From the NCBI GenBank assembly GCA_014377495.1, contig JACMPN010000146.1, positions 1 to 41,188 on the forward strand: 41,188 nt of DNA. Direction: 5' to 3'. Below the pieces are notes generated by a model. The model had not been told where the DNA came from. It worked only from the letters and a program-made list of their open reading frames with translations, and ran no database searches. This document shows, piece after piece, positions 28,547-37,495 of this stretch (positions within the stretch are counted from its first letter, which is position 1; each line of letters begins with the position of its first letter). Made by a program: the position numbers and the translations under genes. Source of the DNA: Candidatus Sericytochromatia bacterium. Its GTDB lineage: Bacteria; Cyanobacteriota; Sericytochromatia; JACMPN01.

Positions 28547-30232
28547 ATGGTAGACCTGAACCCCCTCACGGGCGGAAGCGAACCGGCACGGTTGGCGGCA
28601 TTGCGTCGGACAGCCCTCCTCGACACGCCGACGGAGGAAGGCTTCGACCGGCTGACCAAGCTGGCGACCCGGGTACTGCATGTGCCTGTTTCCATGGTCA
28701 CTCTGGTCGACGTCGACCGGCAGTTCTTCAAGAGCTGCGTCGGGATACCGGATCCTTGGCTGTCCCGCCGTGAAATCCCCCTGAACTATTCAATTTGCCG
28801 GCATGTTGTCGCCTCCGGGACCCCGCTGATTGTGGACGATGCGGCGCAGGACAGCATGTTCCGCGATCACCCCATCGTCCGGGAGTACGGGGTCTCCAGC
28901 TACGCCGGGATCCCGCTGATCGTAGGCGGCGGGTACGTGATTGGCACGTTCTGCGTGATGGATTTTAAGCCACACCATTGGACGGCGGACGAGATTGCGA
29001 TCCTGCAGGCCCTCGCCGCTTCCGCCATGAGCGAGATCGACCTGCGCATGTTGGTCACGGAGGTGAGTGAGCAGCGGGCTCTGGTCCAGCGCCAAGCCGA
29101 CCGCACGTCGACCTTGCTCGACGCCACCGCCGAAGGCATTATTGGGGTCGACTTGGATGGGCGCTGCACCTTTGTCAACGCTTCGGCCGTGAACGCCCTC
29201 GGCTATGCCCCCGAGGCATTCATCGGTCAATCGATCCATGATCTGAGCCACCACAGCCATGCGGATGGCACACCCTATCCTTTGAGCGGTTGTTCGATCT
29301 GTCAGGCCTATCGGTCCGGCAGGTTGATGCATGCCAGTGACGGGGTGTTTTGGCGGGCGGACGGCTCTTCCTTTCCTGTGGAATGGCGGGCAAATCCGAT
29401 CCGTGAGGACGGGCGGGCCAGCGGCGCCGTCGTCACCTTCCTGGATCTGACGGATCGCCGCAATGCCGAGCGGGCCAAGGCCCGGGTGGTCGAGTTGGAG
29501 GATTCGTTGCGCCTGAAAGACGACTTCCTCGCCATCGCCGCCCATGAGCTGAAGACGCCGATCACTGTCAGTCTGCTGGCCATCGGCCGGCTGCGCCGGG
29601 CCCTCGAACGGGATGCCGCCGGGGCGATTGCGGCCAAGCTGTCGGCGTCGGTGGGCGCAGCCGAACGCTCCGTGCTGCGGATGGCCAAGCTGATCGACAA
29701 CATCCTGGACGTCTCACGGGTCACCCTCGGCGGTTTGCCGTTGCAATGCGACAGTCTGGATCTGGTGACCCTGGTGCGCGAGGTCCTGGCCCACTTTTCC
29801 GACGAGCTGCAGGCCGCCGGCAGTGACTTGACGTTCAGGGCCGGTCCGCCGGTCTGGGGGCGCTGGGACGGTTCCCGACTGGAGCAGGTGATCGCCAATC
29901 TGATCGCCAATGCGATCAAGTTCGGCCAGGGCCGGCGGATCGAGGTCGCCGTCACCGGCAAGGAGCAGTCGGCCATCATCAGCGTGGTGGATCACGGCAT
30001 GGGGATCGCGGACAAGGACCAGCAGCGGATCTTCGACCGCTTCGAGCGGGCCGTGTCCAGCCGGCACTACGGTGGGTTCGGGCTGGGGCTCTGGATTGCC
30101 AAAAAGGTGGTCGAGGCCCATGGCGGCACCATACAGGTGGACAGTCACCGGAAACAGGGGACACGGTTCACCGTGACAATGCCCCGCTTTTGCGTGGTGC
30201 CGGCGGGCAGTCGCCAGTCCGAGGCAGCCTGA
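28547..30232 (+). CDS. Soluble GAF-PAS sensor histidine kinase
   Basis: GAF domain, PAS domain, H-box FLAIAAHELKTPIT, and N/G1/G2 boxes (NLIANAIKF, DHGMGI, GGFGLGLWIAKKVVEAHGG). No TM segment. GGAGG lies 5 nt before the ATG. Confidence 0.9.
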   Translation: MVDLNPLTGGSEPARLAALRRTALLDTPTEEGFDRLTKLATRVLHVPVSMVTLVDVDRQFFKSCVGIPDPWLSRREIPLNYSICRHVVASGTPLIVDDAAQDSMFRDHPIVREYGVSSYAGIPLIVGGGYVIGTFCVMDFKPHHWTADEIAILQALAASAMSEIDLRMLVTEVSEQRALVQRQADRTSTLLDATAEGIIGVDLDGRCTFVNASAVNALGYAPEAFIGQSIHDLSHHSHADGTPYPLSGCSICQAYRSGRLMHASDGVFWRADGSSFPVEWRANPIREDGRASGAVVTFLDLTDRRNAERAKARVVELEDSLRLKDDFLAIAAHELKTPITVSLLAIGRLRRALERDAAGAIAAKLSASVGAAERSVLRMAKLIDNILDVSRVTLGGLPLQCDSLDLVTLVREVLAHFSDELQAAGSDLTFRAGPPVWGRWDGSRLEQVIANLIANAIKFGQGRRIEVAVTGKEQSAIISVVDHGMGIADKDQQRIFDRFERAVSSRHYGGFGLGLWIAKKVVEAHGGTIQVDSHRKQGTRFTVTMPRFCVVPAGSRQSEAA

Positions 30233-30238
30233 GCCGGC

Positions 30239-32386
30239 TCAGAAAGGGTTGAAGCCGGGCGGAATCGGGATCCCGTAGTTCTCAAAGGAATCCAGGACCC
30301 GGGGCCGCAGGGGGCTGACCGCAAAGGACCCCTCGAGTTTGCCGCCTTCCTTCGTCTGGACGGCCTCGTACGTGAAAATGTCCTGCATGGAGATGATTTC
30401 GCCCTCCATGCCGATGATCTCCGAGATCTTGGTGATCTTGCGGCTGCCGTCCCGCATGCGGGCCTGGTGGACGATCAGGTTGATCGCCGAGGCGATCTGC
30501 TCGCGGATGGCCCGGACGGGCAGGTCCATGCCGGCCATCAGGACCATCGTCTCCAGACGGGCGAGGGCATCCCGGGGGCTGTTGGCATGACCCGTGGCCA
30601 GGGAGCCGTCGTGGCCCGTGTTCATGGCCTGCAGCATGCCCAGGGCTTCGCCGCCCCGGACTTCGCCGACGATGATCCGGTCGGGACGCATCCGCAGGGA
30701 GTTGCGGACCAGCTCGCGGATCGTCACGGCCCCCTGGCCCTCCATGTTCGCCGGGCGGGACTCCAGTGTGATCACGTGGTCCTGCATCAAATTCAGTTCG
30801 GCGGCGTCCTCGATCGTGACGATCCGCTCGTCCCGCGGGATGAAGCTGCTCAGGATGTTCAGCAGGGAGGTTTTGCCGCTGCCGGTACCGCCCGAGATGA
30901 AGATGTTCAGCTTGGCCCGCACGGCCCCGTCGAGAAACTCGGCCATCGTGTCGCTGAGCGTGCCGAAGCGGAGGAAGTGATCGACCGTCATCCGTTCGGC
31001 GGGGAACTTCCGGATGGTCAGCGTCGAGCCGATCAGGGCCAGCGGCGGGATGATGATGTTCACTCGGGAGCCGTCCGGCAGGCGGGCGTCGACCATCGGC
31101 GAGCTTTCGTCGATGCGGCGGCCCAAGGGCGCCACGATGCGGTCGATGACGACCCGCAACTGCTTTTCGTCCGTGAAGAACAGGCCCGAGTTGAGCAGTT
31201 TGCCTTTTTGTTCAACGAAGATCTGGTCCGGTCCATTGACCATGATTTCACTGACCGAGATGTCCCGCAGCATGGCTTCCAGCGGGCCGTAGCCCAAGGC
31301 CTCGTCGACGACCTCCTCGATCAGCCGCTGCCGCTCGGTGCGGCCGGCCAGTTCCGGGACGTCGCCCTCGACGATCTTGGCGATTTTCTCGCCGACCTTC
31401 TGGCGCATCGCCGCCCGTTTGACGGAGTCGCCCTGGAGATCGACCTCGCTGAGCTTCATTTCCCCGACGAGGCGGGCATGCACCCGCCGGCGCAGGACCC
31501 GGTAGGCTTCCCGGGCCTCATCGCCGAGGACGATCCCCGTCGACACACTGGCCGGGGTGGCGGCACCGCCGGCCGTGGGGGTGTAGCCGAGATCGATGGC
31601 GGCCTGCTGGCTGGCCGTGGATGGTGCCGGGGGCGAGATGTGAGCCGTCTCCAGGGACGGGACCTGCATGACGTGCTGGGCGACGAGTTTGAACATCGGG
31701 GCCAGGGCCGTGCGGGTCGGGTTCGCCATCAGCGGCAGGCCCCGGTTGATGCTGGTCAGGACTTCGGTGAGGTTGTACGGAAACTCGAAGCTGACCGGCC
31801 GCCCGAGGATTTCCGCCATGTCCTCCAAGGGGATGTCCCGGGTCATGTCGGCCATGTTCACGACGAGGCGGAAGCGCTCCGGCGGAAAGCGCAGCTCGCT
31901 CATCCGTTTCAGGACGAAGCGGGCCTGCTGCAGGGCATTGATCTCAGGGGTGAAGACGATCAGGACCAAAGCCGAATGATCGAAGAGGGTCGGCAGCGGA
32001 TCGGCGAGATGGGGGGCATGGGCGTCGATCACCGTCAGCGGCCGCACTTCGGCCAAGGGCTGCAGGACCCGGTACAGCGACGAGGCGTTCATTGCCTGGC
32101 CTTCGAACGGAGCGGCGAGCAGGTCGATCCCGTGTTTCGTCGGCAGGAGGAAACCTTCGACGTCGGCCGGCGTCGGGGAGCCTGCGGCGAGGAGGCTCCC
32201 GAGATTGCGGTCTTTCGGATCGATGTCGAAAAAGCTCGCCAGGCTGCCGCCCCGGTAGCAGTCGAGGTCGACGAGACCGACACGTTGCCGGGACTCCTGA
32301 GCTAGGGCGAGCGCCAGATTCGTGGCCAAAAAGCTGGTGCCGACGCCCCCTTTGGCGCCGTACAGGGTGATGAACTTGGCTTTCAC
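30239..32386 (-). CDS. Fusion protein: MinD/ParA-like (CpaE/TadZ-like) domain + CpaF/TadA-family type II/IV secretion ATPase
   Basis: Residues about 1-250 have [16 protein letters not shown] and a MinD/ParA fold pattern. An Ala/Pro/Thr linker follows. The C-terminal half has Walker [19 protein letters not shown], Walker [12 protein letters not shown] and a His box [15 protein letters not shown] start. Confidence 0.85.
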   Translation of the reverse strand: MKAKFITLYGAKGGVGTSFLATNLALALAQESRQRVGLVDLDCYRGGSLASFFDIDPKDRNLGSLLAAGSPTPADVEGFLLPTKHGIDLLAAPFEGQAMNASSLYRVLQPLAEVRPLTVIDAHAPHLADPLPTLFDHSALVLIVFTPEINALQQARFVLKRMSELRFPPERFRLVVNMADMTRDIPLEDMAEILGRPVSFEFPYNLTEVLTSINRGLPLMANPTRTALAPMFKLVAQHVMQVPSLETAHISPPAPSTASQQAAIDLGYTPTAGGAATPASVSTGIVLGDEAREAYRVLRRRVHARLVGEMKLSEVDLQGDSVKRAAMRQKVGEKIAKIVEGDVPELAGRTERQRLIEEVVDEALGYGPLEAMLRDISVSEIMVNGPDQIFVEQKGKLLNSGLFFTDEKQLRVVIDRIVAPLGRRIDESSPMVDARLPDGSRVNIIIPPLALIGSTLTIRKFPAERMTVDHFLRFGTLSDTMAEFLDGAVRAKLNIFISGGTGSGKTSLLNILSSFIPRDERIVTIEDAAELNLMQDHVITLESRPANMEGQGAVTIRELVRNSLRMRPDRIIVGEVRGGEALGMLQAMNTGHDGSLATGHANSPRDALARLETMVLMAGMDLPVRAIREQIASAINLIVHQARMRDGSRKITKISEIIGMEGEIISMQDIFTYEAVQTKEGGKLEGSFAVSPLRPRVLDSFENYGIPIPPGFNPF

Positions 32387-32419
32387 GGGGTTATGCCCCC
32401 GCCCGGCGATGGCGTGCGG

Positions 32420-33040
32420 TCACGAGTTGGGGTCTTTCGGCGGGGCAGTCGTCTTGGCGTTGGACAGCACGGCGCCCGTCTCGATCTGCTGCAGCTCATA
32501 AATCGAAGCCAGCACGTAACCATTGGTCTTGTCGATGTCACGGGCCTTGATCAGCAGTTCCTTGGCTTTGTCGGTGTTGCCGATGATGAAGTAGCAGCGG
32601 CCGAGCTTCGCCAAGCCGACGGGATCCAGCTTGGTCAGGTCCCGCCCGTTGTGTGCGGCGATCGTCGCCATCGACTTGGTGGCAAAGCTCGTCAGACCGG
32701 CGTTGACTTCCTCGTCCGTCTGGATCAGGGTCTTCGTCTCGTTCAGGACAAAGAAACAGGACAGCGTGCGACCACGATCGTAGTAGACCCGGGCGAGCTT
32801 TTTGTGGGCGTCGATGTTTTTGGGGTCATGGCCGATGGCGGCTTTGTAATGGAATGCGAGATTATCGGTCAGTTGCTCTTGCTCTTCGAAGTTCAGGGTC
32901 TTGATCGTGGCGGAACGGGTGACCGTTGCGTCGCCGAGGGCGATTTCCCTGGCGGCCGCCTTCGGGTCGGCCGTGTTGGCGCAGGCCGAGACGAGGGCGA
33001 TCAAGGCCGCGAGCAGATAACGGTGAGTCAGACGGCGCAT
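32420..33040 (-). CDS. TPR-like lipoprotein (TadD-like?)
   Basis: Lipobox LVSAC after a basic/hydrophobic N-terminus. Helical repeats are typical of TPR (KKLARVYYDRGR..., LGRCYFIIGNTDKAKELLIKARDID). Confidence 0.7.
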   Translation of the reverse strand: MRRLTHRYLLAALIALVSACANTADPKAAAREIALGDATVTRSATIKTLNFEEQEQLTDNLAFHYKAAIGHDPKNIDAHKKLARVYYDRGRTLSCFFVLNETKTLIQTDEEVNAGLTSFATKSMATIAAHNGRDLTKLDPVGLAKLGRCYFIIGNTDKAKELLIKARDIDKTNGYVLASIYELQQIETGAVLSNAKTTAPPKDPNS

Positions 33041-33054
33041 GTACTTCGGTGTCC

Positions 33055-33519
33055 TTAGGGCGTGGCTCGCACGTAAATCATGGCCAGGCGGGTGCCCTGG
33101 CCTTCGGGTTGGGTTTCGGCCTGGATGGTCAGCCGGTCGCCGTTGGCCTTGGCCAGGTCCGTCACCCAGGTATCGGGCAGCTCACGGATCAGGTCTTCCG
33201 GCAAGGACAGCTCGGAGCGGTAAAACGCCTTGACCTGATCCAGGGTGTCCATCGTCAGGTAGATCGCCGTCTGCACGGGACCGCGGCCATTCGGCGGCAG
33301 GAAGGGGTCAGGCGATGCCCCGGGATAGACCGGGACGTCGGTAAGCTTCTGCAGCCGTTCGACTTTGGCCATGGCTTTGGCGGAGGTGGCGGTGGTCGCC
33401 CAGTTCCAGACCCAGGGCGCACCGGCTAGGACGGCGGCGGTCACCAGCGTGGCGATGAGCCAGGGGCCCCGCTGGCGCCAGAGCATGGGGGCGATTGGCA
33501 CTGCGTGGGGTTGGATCAT
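33055..33519 (-). CDS. Hypothetical membrane-anchored protein (154 aa)
   Basis: Single N-terminal TM (PWLIATLVTAAVLAGAPWVW) plus a domain of about 110 aa. ATGA overlap with the upstream propeller gene. Confidence 0.55.
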   Translation of the reverse strand: MIQPHAVPIAPMLWRQRGPWLIATLVTAAVLAGAPWVWNWATTATSAKAMAKVERLQKLTDVPVYPGASPDPFLPPNGRGPVQTAIYLTMDTLDQVKAFYRSELSLPEDLIRELPDTWVTDLAKANGDRLTIQAETQPEGQGTRLAMIYVRATP

Positions 33520-34670
33520 CGGGTGCTGACCCAGGATTCCCCGTCGATCCAGGGTTGCTGATGGCCGCCCCAGGCGTCCACGGTCCAGATCTCCTGGGTG
33601 CCCCGGCGATCCGTCGTGAAGGCGATCAGGCCGGAGGGCAGCACCACCGGATTGGCGTCGTTGCCGGCGACGTTGGTCAGGTTCATCACCCGTTTGGTGG
33701 CCGGGTCATAACGGAAAATGTCCAGATCCTCACCGGTCGCGGTGACGACACTGCGGGCATCGGGCCGTCGGTGGGCGACAAAGATGATCTGGGACTGCAG
33801 GAGCTGCTGATAGGCCTGGCCGGGCATGGCGCTGGGCATGAGCAGGGCTTGGTTGAGACGATAGGGCGGCGGCACCTTGCCGGCGGGGAGGAGGGTCAGG
33901 TCGGTGACGTTGTAGCCGAGGTTGGTCACCTGGAGTTTTTGACCGCCGTCCCCATCCACCAGCCAGACCTGGCGGCTGCCGTTGAGCAGGCGGGTATAAG
34001 CGATCCGGCCGTCCGGCCCGGGGGCCGGATTGTCGCATTCGCCCGTCTCGGGGGTGAGCAGGCTGGCTTCGTTCTGGCCGGGGACGAGGGCGAAAATCTG
34101 CTTGCGGCCGCTGCGGTTCGAGACGAACAGGACCTGACCGCTGGGGCTGACGACGGGGCCGAAGTCGTCGGCCTCGGCGCTGGTGTAGTGGAACTCGCTC
34201 TGCCGGACCGGAGGTTCCTCGTTGGGGCGGGTGGCGGCGGCGGGGCGGGGATCGACGACCTTGAGGCGCCAGCGGCCCACTTCGCGTGAGGCGTAGACGA
34301 TGCGGCGGTCGGGCAGCATGGCGGGTGCCGCTTCGATCAGCTGGTCATCGGTGAGGCGGCGCCGTTGACCGCCCGGCACGGCGACCGCCCAGAGGTCGGT
34401 GAATTGGCCGTTGGCGGCGATGTAGGGGAACCATTGGGCCGCGTCCTGCTCTTTGGCTGGGACCCGCGCAAAACACCCGGCTATGATCAGCGGAATCAGG
34501 CCAGCTCGCCAAAGTCTGCGAGTGCGGGGCCAAGAGCTGGTCACAGGGGGATCCTTTGCTGCGTCGATGCCGAGCGGGCGAATGGGTTCATTGTCGCCGC
34601 CCACGCCACCGGCCGTCAACGGGCGAAAGGCCTTGGCTTGCGAACAGAGACCACGTGTTTTTCCCGGCAT
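33516..34670 (-). CDS. PD40/TolB-like beta-propeller repeat protein, probable lipoprotein
   Basis: PD40-type repeats (FVSNRSGRKQIF, FTTDRRGTQEIW, PDGRIAYT). Lipobox-like LIIAGC. The alternative GTG start at 34544 (aagga about 7 nt upstream) gives a conventional signal peptide. Confidence 0.72.
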   Translation of the reverse strand: MPGKTRGLCSQAKAFRPLTAGGVGGDNEPIRPLGIDAAKDPPVTSSWPRTRRLWRAGLIPLIIAGCFARVPAKEQDAAQWFPYIAANGQFTDLWAVAVPGGQRRRLTDDQLIEAAPAMLPDRRIVYASREVGRWRLKVVDPRPAAATRPNEEPPVRQSEFHYTSAEADDFGPVVSPSGQVLFVSNRSGRKQIFALVPGQNEASLLTPETGECDNPAPGPDGRIAYTRLLNGSRQVWLVDGDGGQKLQVTNLGYNVTDLTLLPAGKVPPPYRLNQALLMPSAMPGQAYQQLLQSQIIFVAHRRPDARSVVTATGEDLDIFRYDPATKRVMNLTNVAGNDANPVVLPSGLIAFTTDRRGTQEIWTVDAWGGHQQPWIDGESWVSTR

Positions 34671-34752
34671 CCGGTAACCGAATTGGACCTTGATCGGCGC
34701 GGGGCCTGACGTGAGGATGCTTCGGTTTATGGCCGGCAGAGGGGCTGGGGCG

Positions 34753-35301
34753 ATGCGATTATTCCGAAATATCGGCTGGGGCCTACTGTTTGGGGTGCTG
34801 ACGTTGCCTGTTCAGGCGGCGCCCCTGACCGGCCGGGTGGTGGAAGTGTCGGACGGCGATACGGTGGTCGTGCTGAACCGGGGTGGGGGCCGCCTGCGGA
34901 TCCGGATGCTGGGCTTGGACGCCCCCGAGATTGCCCACGGTGGGGCGCCCGGTCAGGAGCCCTGGGGCACCCGGTCGCGACTGGCGCTGCAGCGTCTCGT
35001 CGGCGGTCGCATCGTGCGCATCGAGCCCGGCGTGCCGGCAATGGACAAGTACGGCCGCATGCTGGCGCTGATCTGGTCGGGCGATCGCTGCGCCAATTTG
35101 GAGATTGTGGCCGCCGGACTGGCTTTGGCCTATCCCCGGGGGCTCAGCCCGGCGTTGCAACACCAGTTCCGCCAAGCCGAAATGACGGCCCGGGCCCGGG
35201 GTTTGGCCATGTGGCAGCGCCGTGGGGGCTTGGCCGAGTTGCCTGGGGATTACCGGGCCCGGGCCCGGGGTGGGACGCGTGAGCCGGAGCTGGCGCGTTA
35301 G
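34753..35301 (+). CDS. Secreted staphylococcal-nuclease-like (thermonuclease) protein
   Basis: SNase motifs VSDGDTVVV, IRMLGLDAPE and DKYGRMLA, plus a signal peptide (MRLFRNIGWGLLFGVLTLPVQA). Start is at residue 22 of the track ORF. Confidence 0.85.
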   Translation: MRLFRNIGWGLLFGVLTLPVQAAPLTGRVVEVSDGDTVVVLNRGGGRLRIRMLGLDAPEIAHGGAPGQEPWGTRSRLALQRLVGGRIVRIEPGVPAMDKYGRMLALIWSGDRCANLEIVAAGLALAYPRGLSPALQHQFRQAEMTARARGLAMWQRRGGLAELPGDYRARARGGTREPELAR

Positions 35302-35304
35302 AGC

Positions 35305-35346
35305 GGCGTGCGAGCGCCCAATGCCAACGACGTGCGCTCGCACGCC
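35305..35346. terminator. Hairpin between the convergent nuclease and glmS genes
   Basis: ggcgtgcgagcgc (35305-17) is perfectly complementary to gcgctcgcacgcc (35334-46). Loop is about 16 nt. There is no clear U-tract. Confidence 0.55.
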
Positions 35347-35389
35347 ACTCTCTGGTTCTGAAGGCACCCCCGGCCGCCGCTGCCCGCCC

Positions 35390-37219
35390 CTACTCGACGG
35401 TGACGGACTTGGCCAAATTGCGGGGCTGGTCGACGTCGCAGCCTTTTTTGGTGGCCACGTAGTAGGCGAGCAACTGCAAAGGCACGACGTTGACGAGCGG
35501 CGAGATGATCTCCGGCGTCTCGGGGACGTAGATGACCCGGTCGACCACTTCCGCCAGCCTCTCGTCGCCCCGGGTGCCAAGGGCGATCGTCACGGCGTCA
35601 CGGGCGGCGACTTCCTTGAGGTTGCTGAGGGTCTTGTCGTAGACGGCGCTCTTGGTGGCGACGGCGATGACGGGGAAGTCGGCATCGAGCAGGGCGATCG
35701 GGCCGTGCTTCATTTCCCCGGCGGGCAGCGCCTCGGCGTGGATGTAAGACAGTTCTTTCAGCTTCAGGGCCCCTTCGAGGGCTGTGGGATAGTTGACCCC
35801 CCGACCGAGGTAAAGGCAATTCCGGAAGGTGTGCAGCATGGCTGCCAGATCCTGGATGGCGCCGACTTCGGCGAGGGTCTCCTCAATCCAGGACGGGACC
35901 TGCCGCAGGCTGCCCAGGGTTTCACGGACAAAGTCTGCGGTGACGTGACCGCGGACTTGGGCCGTGTGCAGGGCGACGAGGAGCAGGCTGGCCACGGTGC
36001 CCGTGTACGCCTTGGTGGAGGCCACGCCGATCTCCGGACCGACCCGCATGTAAAGCGTGCCCTGGGTTTCCCGGCTCATGGCACTGCCCTGGACGTTCAG
36101 GATACTGGCGGTCAGGCCGCCGAGGTTATTCGCCTCACGGATGGCGGCCAGCGTGTCCGCCGTCTCGCCCGATTGGCTGAGGCCGATGATCAGGGTGTCG
36201 CCGTCGACGACCGGCTTGCGGTAGCGGAACTCGCTGGCGTATTCGACCGTGGTCGGGATCCGGGCCAACTGCTCGAAGTAATATTCACCGACGAGTCCGG
36301 CGTAGTGGCTGGTCCCGCAGGCGACGATGACGATCTGCCGGATCCGGCGCAGTTGCTCGTCTGTGATTCCGAACTCGTCGACGTAGACCCGGCCCTCCTC
36401 CTCCCCCATGCGGCCGCCCAGGGTCTGGGCCAGGGTCGTCGGCTGCTCATTGATTTCTTTGAGCATGAAATGGTCATAACCGCCCTTTTCGGCAGCGACG
36501 AGACTCCATTCGATCGTCGTCTGGTCACGATGCTGCCGTTCGCCCTGCAGGTTGAACACGGACCAGCTGCGTTGGCGCACCTCGGCGATGTCGCCGTCTT
36601 CCAGGTAGATGATCTGCCGGGTGTGGTTGAGGATCGCCGGGATGTCGCTGGCGATGAAGTTTTCTTCCGCCCCGATGCCGAGGATCAGCGGGCAGCCGTT
36701 GCGGGCGGCCACGAGCAAGTCCGGATGGTCCTGATGCAGGACGGCAATCGCATAGGAGCCGTGCATCCGCGAGAGGGCCACCTGGACGGCGAGACGCAGG
36801 TCGCCGGTGTAAGAACGGGCGACCAGGTGGGCGAGCACTTCAGAATCCGTGTCGGAGAGGAAGATGACCCCGTCTTTGATCAGTTCGTGTTTGATTTCCA
36901 GGTAGTTTTCGAAAATGCCGTTGTGGACGACGACGAGTTGTCCCAGGGTGTCGGTATGTGGATGGGCGTTCGTCGTGGTCGGCCGGCCGTGGGTCGCCCA
37001 GCGGGTGTGGCCGATCCCGATGAGGCCTTTCGGGGCGTTGACGGCGACTTCCTTGGCCAGATTCCGCAATTTGCCGACTTCACGCCGGATATCGAGGCCG
37101 TTGCCGTTCAGCACGGCGATCCCGGCCGAGTCGTAGCCGCGGTATTCCAGCCGCGACAGGCCCTCCATCAGAAGGTCTGCTGCCTGCGTGTCCCCGATGT
37201 AGCCGACGATGCCGCACAT
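35390..37219 (-). CDS. glmS: Glutamine--fructose-6-phosphate aminotransferase
   Basis: Starts MCGIVGY (Ntn Cys) with two SIS domains and ends KSVTVE. It is 609 aa from residue 49 of the track ORF. AGGAGG lies 8 nt upstream. Confidence 0.97.
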   Translation of the reverse strand: MCGIVGYIGDTQAADLLMEGLSRLEYRGYDSAGIAVLNGNGLDIRREVGKLRNLAKEVAVNAPKGLIGIGHTRWATHGRPTTTNAHPHTDTLGQLVVVHNGIFENYLEIKHELIKDGVIFLSDTDSEVLAHLVARSYTGDLRLAVQVALSRMHGSYAIAVLHQDHPDLLVAARNGCPLILGIGAEENFIASDIPAILNHTRQIIYLEDGDIAEVRQRSWSVFNLQGERQHRDQTTIEWSLVAAEKGGYDHFMLKEINEQPTTLAQTLGGRMGEEEGRVYVDEFGITDEQLRRIRQIVIVACGTSHYAGLVGEYYFEQLARIPTTVEYASEFRYRKPVVDGDTLIIGLSQSGETADTLAAIREANNLGGLTASILNVQGSAMSRETQGTLYMRVGPEIGVASTKAYTGTVASLLLVALHTAQVRGHVTADFVRETLGSLRQVPSWIEETLAEVGAIQDLAAMLHTFRNCLYLGRGVNYPTALEGALKLKELSYIHAEALPAGEMKHGPIALLDADFPVIAVATKSAVYDKTLSNLKEVAARDAVTIALGTRGDERLAEVVDRVIYVPETPEIISPLVNVVPLQLLAYYVATKKGCDVDQPRNLAKSVTVE

Positions 37220-37495
37220 GTTCGTGATCCTCCTGCCGCCAAAAGCGCGGTCGATGTTGCCCGGAAAAACGGCGTAACCGGAGTCCTGAAACGGCTTGGC
37301 AGCACACGTCCAGCCCCTGGCAACGGTGACCCCACGATACCACACCGTTTTCGGGTCATCCAAAACCGGTGATGCCTGTCACAAGCGGGGTGGGGCAGGT
37401 TCGCTGCATGGTACCCCGTCGGGGGGCCCGGCCTTGTCGTCGGATCAAACCTCCCTTTAGGATGAGCCAACGTAAGTAGAGTCGGGACCCCCTCG

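Noticed and set aside
30229-30242. 14-bp perfect palindrome ctgagccggctcag containing both convergent stop codons (kinase TGA, ATPase TGA)
   Set aside because: A 5-6 bp stem with a minimal loop and no U-tract is too weak to call a terminator. It is probably a coincidence of the two stop contexts, noted only as a curiosity.
37220-37495. Possible glmS ribozyme in the 276-nt leader upstream of glmS (minus strand)
   Set aside because: I reverse-complemented the leader and did not find the conserved core (AGCGCCAGAACU-type cleavage-site helix, GACGAGG, CGAA..UUCGGCGG.UGCC). There is only a vague AUCGA...UUUUGGCGG resemblance, and it overlaps the RBS. An Infernal scan with the Rfam glmS model would settle it.
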